Assembly: GCA_032718475.1 (NCBI GenBank) | Contig: JAUCBJ010006528.1 | Coordinates: forward strand, 1 to 64,000 | Direction: 5' to 3' | Origin: Nemertoderma westbladi | Taxonomy: Eukaryota; Animalia; Xenacoelomorpha | Length of the DNA stretch: 64,000 bases | Part shown: in pieces, positions 46,301 through 57,400 of the stretch | How positions within the stretch are numbered: position 1 is the first letter of the stretch | Layout: the number at the start of each line of letters is the position of its first letter | Position numbers and translations under genes: made by a program | The notes under the pieces: generated by a model | Seen by the model: only the letters and a program-made list of their open reading frames with translations | Told to the model about the DNA's origin: nothing | Databases searched by the model: none

Positions 46301-49300
46301 AGTGTAAAGTATCTGTGTGAGTGTAAATAAAGCCTCGAAGTGGGGGCAGTGTAAAGTATCTGTGTGAGTGCAAATAAAGCCTCGAAGTGGGGGCAGTGTA
46401 AAGTATCTGTGTGAGTGCAAATAAAGTCTCGAAGTGGGGGCAGTGTAAAGTATCTGTGTGAGTGCAAATAAATCCTCGAAGTGGGGGCAGTGTAAAGTAT
46501 CTGTGTGAGTGCAAATAAAGCCTCGAAGTGGGGGCAGTGTAAAGTATCTGTGTGAGTGTAAATAAAGCCTCGAAGTGGGGGCAGTGTAAAGTATCTGTGT
46601 GAGTGCAAATAAAGCCTCGAAGTGGGGGCAGTGTAAAGTATCTGTGTGAGTGCAAATAAAGTCTCGAAGTGGGGGCAGTGTAAAGTATCTGTGTGAGTGT
46701 AAATAAAGCCTCGAAGTGGGTTCAGTGTAAAGTATCTGTGTGAGTGTAAATAAAGCGTTGCCGTGAGTACAGTGTAAAGTATCTGTGTGAGTGCAAATAA
46801 AGCCTCGAAGTGGGGGCAGTGTAAAGTATCTGTGTGAGTGCAAATAAAGCCTTGAAGTTTGGGCAGTGTAAAGTATCTGTGTGAGTGCAAATAAAGCCTT
46901 GAAGTTTGGGCAGTGTAAAGTATCTGTGTGAGTGTAAATAAAGCGTTGCCGTGAGTACAGTGTAAAGTATCTGTGTGAGTGCAAATAAAGCCTCGAAGTG
47001 GGGGCAGTGTAAAGTATCTGTGTGAGTGCAAATAAAGCCTCGAAGTGGGGGCAGTGTAAAGTATCTGTGTGAGTGCAAATAAAGCCTCGAAGTGGGGGCA
47101 GTGTAAAGTATCTGTGTGAGTGCAAATAAAGCCTCGAAGTGGGGGCAGTGTAAAGTATCTGTGTGAGTGTAAATAAAGCCTCGAAGTTTGGGCAGTGTAA
47201 AGTATCTGTGTGAGTGTAAATAAAGCGTTGCCGTGAGTACAGTGTAAAGTATCTGTGTGAGTGCAAATAAAGCCTCGAAGTGGGGGCAGTGTAAAGTATC
47301 TGTGTGAGTGCAAATAAAGCCTCGAAGTGGGGGCAGTGTAAAGTATCTGTGTGAGTGCAAATAAAGCCTCGAAGTGGGGGCAGTGTAAAGTATCTGTGTG
47401 AGTGCAAATAAAGCCTCGAAGTGGGGGCAGTGTAAAGTATCTGTGTGAGTGTAAATAAAGCCTCGAAGTTTGGGCAGTGTAAAACATCTGTGTGAGTGCA
47501 AATAAAGCCTCGAAGGGGGTTCGTGTAAAGTATCTGTGTGAGTGCAAATAAAGCCTCGAAGTGGGGGCAGTGTAAAGTATCTGTGTGAGTGCAAATAAAG
47601 TCTCGAAGTGGGGGCAGTGTAAAGTATCTGTGTGAGTGTAAATAAAGCCTCGAAGTGGGTTCAGTGTAAAGTATCTGTGTGAGTGTAAATAAAGCGTTGC
47701 CGTGAGTACAGTGTAAAGTATCTGTGTGAGTGCAAATAAAGCCTCGAAGTGGGGGCAGTGTAAAGTATCTGTGTGAGTGTAAATAAAGCCTTGAAGTTTG
47801 GGCAGTGTAAAGTATCTGTGTGAGTGTAAATAAAGCGTTGCCGTGAGTACAGTGTAAAGTATCTGTGTGAGTGCAAATAAAGCCTCGAAGTGGGGGCAGT
47901 GTAAAGTATCTGTGTGAGTGCAAATAAAGCCTCGAAGTGGGGGCAGTGTAAAGTATCTGTGTGAGTGCAAATAAAGCCTCGAAGTGGGTTCAGTGTAAAG
48001 TATCTGTGTGAGTGCAAATAAAGCCTCGAAGTGGGGGCAGTGTAAAGTATCTGTGTGAGTGCAAATAAAGCCTCGAAGTGGGGGCAGTGTAAAGTATCTG
48101 TGTGAGTGCAAATAAATCCTCGAAGTGGGGAAAGGGAAAGTATCTCTGTGAGTGTAAATAAAGCCTCGAAGTGGGGGCAGTGTAAAGTATCTGTGTGAGT
48201 GCAAATAAAGCCTCGAAGTGGGGGCAGTGTAAAGTATCTGTGTGAGTGCAAATAAATCCTCGAAGTGGGGAAAGGGAAAGTATCTCTGTGAGTGTAAATA
48301 AAGCCTCGAAGTGGGGGCAGTGTAAAGTATCTGTGTGAGTGCAAATAAAGCCTCGAAGGGGGTTCGTGTAAAGTATCTGTGTGAGTGCAAATAAATCCTC
48401 GAAGTGGGGAAAGGGAAAGTATCTCTGTGAGTGTAAATAAAGCCTCGAAGTGGGGGCAGTGTAAAGTATCTGTGTGAGTGCAAATAAAGCCTCGAAGTGG
48501 GGGCAGTGTAAAGTATCTGTGTGAGTGCAAATAAAGTCTCGAAGTGGGGGCAGTGTAAAGTATCTGTGTGAGTGCAAATAAAGCCTCGAAGTGGGGGCAG
48601 TGTAAAGTATCTGTGTGAGTGTAAATAAAGCCTCGAAGTGGGGGCAGTGTAAAGTATCTGTGTGAGTGCAAATAAAGCCTCGAAGTGGGGGCAGTGTAAA
48701 GTATCTGTGTGAGTGTAAATAAAGCGTTGCCGTGAGTACAGTGTAAAGTATCTGTGTGAGTGCAAATAAAGCCTTGAAGTTTGGGCAGTGTAAAGTATCT
48801 GTGTGAGTGTAAATAAAGTCTCGAAGTGGGGGCAGTGTAAAGTATCTGTGTGAGTGCAAATAAAGTCTCGAAGTGGGGGCAGTGTAAAGTATCTGTGTGA
48901 GTGCAAATAAAGCCTCGAAGTGGGGGCAGTGTAAAGTATCTGTGTGAGTGTAAATAAAGCCTCGAAGTGGGGGCAGTGTAAAGTATCTGTGTGAGTGCAA
49001 ATAAAGCCTCGAAGTGGGGGCAGTGTAAAGTATCTGTGTGAGTGCAAATAAAGTCTCGAAGTGGGGGCAGTGTAAAGTATCTGTGTGAGTGCAAATAAAG
49101 CCTCGAAGTGGGGGCAGTGTAAAGTATCTGTGTGAGTGTAAATAAAGCCTCGAAGTGGGGGCAGTGTAAAGTATCTGTGTGAGTGCAAATAAAGCCTCGA
49201 AGTGGGGGCAGTGTAAAGTATCTGTGTGAGTGTAAATAAAGCGTTGCCGTGAGTACAGTGTAAAGTATCTGTGTGAGTGCAAATAAAGCCTTGAAGTTTG

Positions 49301-52300
49301 GGCAGTGTAAAGTATCTGTGTGAGTGTAAATAAAGCCTCGAAGTGGGGGCAGTGTAAAGTATCTGTGTGAGTGCAAATAAAGCCTCGAAGTGGGGGCAGT
49401 GTAAAGTATCTGTGTGAGTGTAAATAAAGCCTCGAAGTGGGGGCAGTGTAAAGTATCTGTGTGAGTGTAAATAAAGCGTTGCCGTGAGTACAGTGTAAAG
49501 TATCTGTGTGAGTGTAAATAAAGCCTCGAAGTGGGGGCAGTGTAAAGTATCTGTGTGAGTGTAAATAAAGCGTTGCCGTGAGTACAGTGTAAAGTATCTG
49601 TGTGAGTGTAAATAAAGCGTTGCCGTGAGTACAGTGTAAAGTATCTGTGTGAGTGTAAATAAAGCGTTGCCGTGAGTACAGTGTAAAGTATCTGTGTGAG
49701 TGTAAATAAAGCGTTGCCGTGAGTACAGTGTAAAGTATCTGTGTGAGTGTAAATAAAGCCTCGAAGTGGGGGCAGTGTAAAGTATCTGTGTGAGTGTAAA
49801 TAAAGCGTTGCCGTGAGTACAGTGTAAAGTATCTGTGTGAGTGTAAATAAAGCGTTGCCGTGAGTACAGTGTAAAGTATCTGTGTGAGTGTAAATAAAGC
49901 CTCGAAGTGGGGGCAGTGTAAAGTATCTGTGTGAGTGTAAATAAAGCGTTGCCGTGAGTACAGTGTAAAGTATCTGTGTGAGTGTAAATAAAGCGTTGCC
50001 GTGAGTACAGTGTAAAGTATCTGTGTGAGTGTAAATAAAGCCTCGAAGTGGGGGCAGTGTAAAGTATCTGTGTGAGTGTAAATAAAGCGTTGCCGTGAGT
50101 ACAGTGTAAAGTATCTGTGTGAGTGTAAATAAAGCGTTGCCGTGAGTACAGTGTAAAGTATCTGTGTGAGTGTAAATAAAGCGTTGCCGTGAGTACAGTG
50201 TAAAGTATCTGTGTGAGTGTAAATAAAGCCTCGAAGTGGGGGCAGTGTAAAGTATCTGTGTGAGTGTAAATAAAGCGTTGCCGTGAGTACAGTGTAAAGT
50301 ATCTGTGTGAGTGTAAATAAAGCGTTGCCGTGAGTACAGTGTAAAGTATCTGTGTGAGTGTAAATAAAGCCTCGAAGTGGGGGCAGTGTAAAGTATCTGT
50401 GTGAGTGTAAATAAAGCGTTGCCGTGAGTACAGTGTAAAGTATCTGTGTGAGTGTAAATAAAGCGTTGCCGTGAGTACAGTGTAAAGTATCTGTGTGAGT
50501 GTAAATAAAGCGTTGCCGTGAGTACAGTGTAAAGTATCTGTGTGAGTGCAAATAAAGCCTCGAAGTGGGTTCAGTGTAAAGTATCTGTGTGAGTGTAAAT
50601 AAAGCCTCGAAGTTTGGGCAGTGTAAAGTATCTGTGTGAGTGTAAATAAAGCGTTGCCGTGAGTACAGTGTAAAGTATCTGTGTGAGTGCAAATAAAGCC
50701 TCGAAGTGGGTTCAGTGTAAAGTATCTGTGTGAGTGTAAATAAAGCCTCGAAGTTTGGGCAGTGTAAAGTATCTGTGTGAGTGTAAATAAAGCGTTGCCG
50801 TGAGTACAGTGTAAAGTATCTGTGTGAGTGTAAATAAAGCGTTGCCGTGAGTACAGTGTAAAGTATCTGTGTGAGTGTAAATAAAGCCTCGAAGTGGGGG
50901 CAGTGTAAAGTATCTGTGTGAGTGTAAATAAAGCGTTGCCGTGAGTACAGTGTAAAGTATCTGTGTGAGTGTAAATAAAGCCTCGAAGTGGGGGCAGTGT
51001 AAAGTATCTGTGTGAGTGCAAATAAAGCCACGAAGTGGGGGCAGTGTAAAGTATCTGTGTGAGTGCAAATAAAGCCTCGAAGTGGGGGCAGTGTAAAGTA
51101 TCTGTGTGAGTGTAAATAAAGCGTTGCCGTGAGTACAGTGTAAAGTATCTGTGTGAGTGTAAATAAAGCCTCGAAGTGGGGGCAGTGTAAAGTATCTGTG
51201 TGAGTGTAAATAAAGCGTTGCCGTGAGTACAGTGTAAAGTATCTGTGTGAGTGCAAATAAAGCCTCGAAGTGGGGGCAGTGTAAAGTATCTGTGTGAGTG
51301 CAAATAAAGCCTCGAGGTGGGGGCAGTGTAAAGTATCTGTGTGAGTGCAAATAAAGCCTCGAAGTGGGGGCAGTGTAAAGTATCTGTGTGGGTGCAAATA
51401 AAGTCTCGAAGTGGGGGCAGTGTAAAGTGTCTGTGTGAGTGCAAATAAAGTCTCGAAGTGGGGGCAGTGTAAAGTGTCTGTGTGAGTGCAAATAAAGTCT
51501 CGAAGTGGGGGCAGTGTAAAGTGTCTGTGTGAGTGCAAATAAAGTCTCGAAGTGGGGGCAGTGTAAAGTATCTGTGTCAGTGCAAATAAAGCCTCGAAGT
51601 GGGGGCAGTGTAAAGTGTCTGTGTGAGTGCAAATAAAGTCTCGAAGTGGGGGCAGTGTAAAGTATCTGTGTCAGTGCAAATAAAGCCTCGAAGTGGGGGC
51701 AGTGTAAAGTGTCTGTGTGAGTGCAAATAAAGTCTCGAAGGGGGTTCAGTGTAAAGTATCTGTGTGGGTGCAAATAAAGCCTCGAGGTGGGGGCAGTGTA
51801 AAGTATCTGTGTGAGTGCAAATAAAGCCTCGAAGTGGGGGCAGTGTAAAGTATCTGTGTGAGTGCAAATAAAGTCTCGAAGTGGGGGCAGTGTAAAGTGT
51901 CTGTGTGAGTGCAAATAAAGTCTCGAAGTGGGGGCAGTGTAAAGTATCTGTGTGAGTGCAAATAAAGCCTCGAAGTGGGGGCAGTGTAAAGTATCTGAGT
52001 GAGTGCAAATAAAGCCTCGAAGTGGGGGCAGTGTAAAGTATCTGTGTGAGTGCAAATAAAGCCTCGAAGTGGGGGCAGAGTAAAGTATCTGTGTGAGTGC
52101 AAATAAAGCCTCGAAGTGGGGGCAGTGTAAAGTATCTGTGTGAGTGCAAATAAAGCCTCGAAGTGGGGGCAGTGTAAAGTATCTGTGTGAGTGCAAATAA
52201 AGCCTCGAAGTGGGGGCAGTGTAAAGTATCTGTGTGAGTGCAAATAAAGCCTCGAAGTGGGGGCAGTGTAAAGTATCTGTGTGAGTGCAAATAAAGTCTC

Positions 52301-54250
52301 GAAGTGGGGGCAGTGTAAAGTATCTGTGTGAGTGCAAATAAAGTCTCGAAGTGGGGGCAGTGTAAAGTGTCTGTGTGAGTGCAAATAAAGTCTCGAAGTG
52401 GGGGCAGTGTAAAGTATCTGTGTGAGTGCAAATAAAGCCTCGAAGTGGGGGCAGTGTAAAGTATCTGTGTGAGTGCAAATAAAGCCTCGAGGGTTGGGCA
52501 GTGTAAAGTATCTGTGTGAGTGCAAATAAAGTCTCGAAGTGGGGGCAGTGTAAAGTATCTGTGTGAGTGCAAATAAAGCCTCGAAGTGGGGGCAGTGTAA
52601 AGTATCTGTGTGAGTGCAAATAAAGTCTCGAAGTGGGGGCAGTGTAAAGTATCTGTGTGGGTGCAAATAAAGTCTCGAAGTGGGGGCAGTGTAAAGTATC
52701 TGTGTGAGTGCAAATAAAGTCTCGAAGTGGGGGCAGTGTAAAGTATCTGTGTGAGTGCAAATAAAGTCTCGAAGTGGGGGCAGTGTAAAGTATCTGTGTG
52801 GGTGCAAATAAAGCCTCGAGGTGGGGGCAGTGTAAAGTATCTGTGTGAGTGCAAATAAAGCCTCGAGGGTTGGGCAGTGTAAAGTATCTGTGTGAGTGCA
52901 AATAAAGTCTCGAAGTGGGGGCAGTGTAAAGTATCTGTGTGAGTGCAAATAAAGTCTCGAAGTGGGGGCAGTGTAAAGTATCTGTGTGAGTGCAAATAAA
53001 GTCTCGAAGTGGGGGCAGTGTAAAGTATCTGTGTGGGTGCAAATAAAGCCTCGAGGTGGGGGCAGTGTAAAGTATCTGTGTGAGTGCAAATAAAGCCTCG
53101 AGGGTTGGGCAGTGTAAAGTATCTGTGTGAGTGCAAATAAAGTCTCGAAGTGGGGGCAGTGTAAAGTATCTGTGTGAGTGCAAATAAAGTCTCGAAGTGG
53201 GGGCAGTGTAAAGTATCTGTGTGAGTGCAAATAAAGTCTCGAAGTGGGGGCAGTGTAAAGTATCTGTGTGGGTGCAAATAAAGCCTCGAGGTGGGGGCAG
53301 TGTAAAGTATCTGTGTGAGTGCAAATAAAGCCTCGAGGGTTGGGCAGTGTAAAGTATCTGTGTGAGTGCAAATAAAGTCTCGAAGTGGGGGCAGTGTAAA
53401 GTATCTGTGTGAGTGCAAATAAAGTCTCGAAGTGGGGGCAGTGTAAAGTGTCTGTGTGAGTGCAAATAAAGCCTCGAAGTTTGGGCAGTGTAAAGTATCT
53501 GTGTGAGTGTAAATAAAGCCTCGAGGGTTGGGCAGTGTAAAGTATCTGTGTGAGTGCAAATAAAGTCTCGAAGTGGGGGCAGTGTAAAGTATCTGTGTGA
53601 GTGCAAATAAAGTCTCGAAGTGGGGGCAGTGTAAAGTGTCTGTGTGAGTGCAAATAAAGCCTCGAAGTGGGGGCAGTGTAAAGTATCTGTGTGATTGCAA
53701 ATAAAGCCTCGAAGTGGGGGCAGTGTAAAGTATCTGTGTGAGTGCAAATAAAGCCTCGAAGTGGGGGCAGTGTAAAGTGTCTGTGTGAGTGCAAATAAAG
53801 CCTCGAAGTGGGGGCAGTGTAAAGTGTCTGTGTGAGTGCAAATAAAGCCTCGAAGTGGGGGCAGTGTAAAGTGTCTGTGTGAGTGCAAATAAAGCCTCGA
53901 AGTGGGGGCAGTGTAAAGTATCTGTGTGAGTGCAAATAAAGCCTCGATGTGGGGGCAGTGTAAAGTGTCTGTGTGAGTGCAAATAAAGCCTCGAAGTGGG
54001 GGCAGTGTAAAGTATCTGTGTGAGTGCAAATAAAGCCTCGAAGTGGGGGCAGTGTAAAGTGTCTGTGTGAGTGCAAATAAAGTCTCGAAGTGGGGGCAGT
54101 GTAAAGTATCTGTGTGAGTGCAAATAAAGCCTCGAAGTGGGGGCAGTGTAAAGTATCTGTGTGAGTGCAAATAAAGTCTCGAAGTGGGGGCAGTGTAAAG
54201 TATCTGTGTGAGTGCAAATAAAGCCTCGAAGTGGGGGCAGTGTAAAGTAT
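10371..54250. repeat. 47-bp (some 46-bp) satellite array of about 43 kb, about 920 units; consensus GTGTGAGTGCAAATAAAGCCTCGAAGTGGGGGCAGTGTAAAGTATCT
   Basis: Continuous periodicity from 10994 to 54250, with an orphan first partial unit at 10371-10398 left of the LTR. The ORF translations have a 47-aa period. Confidence 0.99.
10399..10993 (+). mobile_element. Solo LTR (595 bp) with 5-bp TSD GTGGG
   Basis: Termini TGTGAGCGGAT...ATCCCGTCACA (TG...CA, imperfect IR). GTGGG is duplicated at 10394-10398 and 10994-10998, splitting a satellite unit. CCAAT at 10659, TATATA at 10720 and AATAAA at 10960 are in U3-R order on the + strand. Confidence 0.85.
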
Positions 54251-54494
54251 GTTGTAATTGTATTCCAGAAATTAAAAAAAAAATTGTACTAAATTATTGC
54301 TAATTAAAAGCGCAAATACTGTATCAACTATCAAACACTTTGTATAGCTGTAGTGTGTTTATAAGTCGTTGTTTAAGTTGGTAAATTTTGGTATAATAAC
54401 CAACAGATATAATAATAAATCAACAGTAGTTAGTTTTTAAATGACGTCACAAATGTCTATATTTTTTCGCCATACAAATAATAGTTAGATAATC

Positions 54495-57400
54495 GTTCGA
54501 CACAGTTCGATCCGAAACCGGATGTCCCCAGTTCGATCCCACCTGGACGTTGCCAGTTCGATCCCACCCGGAGGTCACCGGTTCGATCCCACCCGGAGGT
54601 CCCCACTTTGATCCCACCTGGACGTCACCAGTTCGATCCCACGCGGAGGTCACCAGTTCGATCCCACCTGGACGTCGCCAGTTCGATCCCACCTGGACGT
54701 CACCAGTTCGATTCCACCCGGAGGTCACCAGTTCGATCCCACCCGGAGGTCACTAGTTTGATTCAACCCGGAGATCACCAGTTCGATCCCACCCGGAGGT
54801 CACCAGTTCGATCCCACCTGGACGTCACCAGTTCGATCCCACCCGGAGGTCACCGGTTCGATCCCACCCGGAGGTCACCAGTTCGATCCCACCTGGACGT
54901 CACCAGTTCGATCCCACCTGGACGTCACCAGTTCGGTCCCACCTGGACGTCGTCAGTTCGATCCCACCTGGACGTCACCAGTTCGGTCCCACCTGGACGT
55001 CGCCAGTTCGATCCCACCTGGATGTCGCCAGTTCGATCCCACCCGGAGGTCACCGGTTCGATCCCACCCGGAGGTCACCACTTCGATCCCACCTGGACGT
55101 CGCCACTTCGATCCCACCTGGAGGTCACCAGTTCGATCCAACCCGGAGGTCACCAGCTCTGTCCCACCTGGACGTCGCCAGTTCGATCCCACCTGGACGT
55201 CACCGGTTCGATCCCACCTGGACGTCACCAGTTCGATCCCACCCGGAGGTCACCGGTTCGATCCCACCCGGAGGTCACCAGTTCGATCCCACCTGGACGT
55301 CACCAGTTCGATCCCACCTGGACGTCACCGGTTCGATCCCACCTGGACGTCGCCAGTTCGATCCCACCTGGACGTCACCAGTTCGGTCCCACCTGGACGT
55401 CGCCAGTTCGATCCCACCTGGATGTCGCCAGTTCGATCCCACCCGGAGGTCACCGGTTCGATCCCACCCGGAGGTCACCAGTTCGATCCCACCCGGAGGT
55501 CGCCACTTCGATCCCACCTGGAGGTCACCAGTTCGATCCAACCCGGAGGTCACCAGTTCTGTCCCACCTGGACGTCGCCAGTTCGATCCCACCTGGACGT
55601 CACCGGTTCGGTCCCACCTGGACGTCACCAGTTCGATCCCACCTGGACGTCGCCAGTTCGATCCAACCCGGAGGTCACCAGTTCGATCCAACCCGGAGGT
55701 CACCAGTTCGATCCCACCCGGAGGTTACCAGTTCGATCCAACCCGGAGGTCCCCAGTTCGATCCAACCCGGAGGTCACCAGTTCGATCCAACCCGGAGGT
55801 CACCAGTTCGATCCAACCCGGAGGTCACCACTTCGATCCCACCTGGACGTCGCCACTTCGATCCCACCTGGAGGTCACCAGTTCGATCCAACCCGGAGGT
55901 CCCCAGTTCGATCCAACCCGGAGGTCACCAGTTCGATCCAACCCGGAGGTCACCACTTCGATCCCACCTGGACGTCGCCACTTCGATCCCACCTGGAGGT
56001 CACCAGTTCGATCCAACCCGGAGGTCACCACTTCGATCCCACCTGGACGTTGCCACTTCGATCCCACCTGGAGGTCACCAGTTCGATCCAACACGGAGGT
56101 CACCAGTTCGATCCCACCTGGTTGTCGCCAGTTCGATCCCACCTGGACGTCGCCACTTCGATCCCACCTGGAGGTCACCAGTTCGATCCCACCCGGAGGT
56201 CCCCACTTCGATCCCACCTGGACGTCGCCAGTTCGATCCCACGCGGAGGTCACCAGTTCGATCCCAACCCGGAGGTCACCAGTTCGATCCCACCTGGACG
56301 TCGCCAGTTCGATCCCACGCGGAGGTCACCACTTCGATCCCACCTGGACGTCACCACTTCGATCCCACCTGGACGTCGCCACTTCGATCCCACCTGGAGG
56401 TCACCAGTTCGATCCCACGCGGAGGTCCCCACTTCGATCCCACCCGGACGTCACCACTTCGATCCCACCTGGACGTCGCCAGTTCGATCCCTCGCGGAGG
56501 TCACCAGTTCGATCCCAACCCGGAGGTCACCAGTTCGATCCCACCTGGACGTCGCCAGTTCGATCCCACGCGGAGGTCACCACTTCGATCCCACCTGGAC
56601 GTCACCACTTCGATCCCACCTGGACGTCGCCACTTCGATCCCACCTGGACGTCACCAGTACGATCCAACCCGGAGGTCACCAGTTCGATCCCACCCGGAG
56701 GTCACCAGTTCGATCCCACCTGGACGTCACCACTTCGATCCCACCTGGACGTCACCACTTCGATCCCACCTGGACGTCACCAGTTCGATCCAACCTGGAG
56801 GTCACCAGTTCGATCCCACCCGGAGGTCACCAGTTCGATCCCACCCGGAGGTTACCAGTTCGATCCAACCCGGAGGTCCCCAGTTCGATCCCACCTGGAG
56901 GTCACCAGTTCGATCCCTCGCGGAGGTCACCAGTTCGATCCCAACCCGGAGGTCACCAGTTCGATCCCACCTGGACGTCGCCAGTTCGATCCCACGCGGA
57001 GGTCACCACTTCGATCCCACCTGGACGTCACCACTTCGATCCCACCTGGACGTCGCCACTTCGATCCCACCTGGACGTCACCAGTACGATCCAACCCGGA
57101 GGTCACCAGTTCGATCCCACCCGGAGGTCACCAGTTCGATCCCACCTGGACGTCACCACTTCGATCCCACCTGGACGTCACCACTTCGATCCCACCTGGA
57201 CGTCACCAGTTCGATCCAACCTGGAGGTCACCAGTTCGGTCCCACCTGGACGTCACCAGTTCGATCCCACCTGGACGTCGCCAGTTCGATCCAACCCGGA
57301 GGTCACCAGTTCGATCCAACCCGGAGGTCACCAGTTCGATCCCACCCGGAGGTTACCAATTCGATCCAACCCGGAGGTCCCCAGTTCGATCCCACCTGGA

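Noticed and set aside
10889-54217. Giant minus-strand ORFs (up to 3637 aa) as real proteins
   Set aside because: The 47-bp unit lacks minus-strand stops, so all three frames give the same rotating peptide; 46-bp units shift frame freely; starts are non-ATG.
10994-54250. CRISPR array (constant repeat plus variable spacer)
   Set aside because: The variable parts are a few related, heavily reused 19-20-mers rather than unique spacers; there are no cas genes and the context is eukaryotic.
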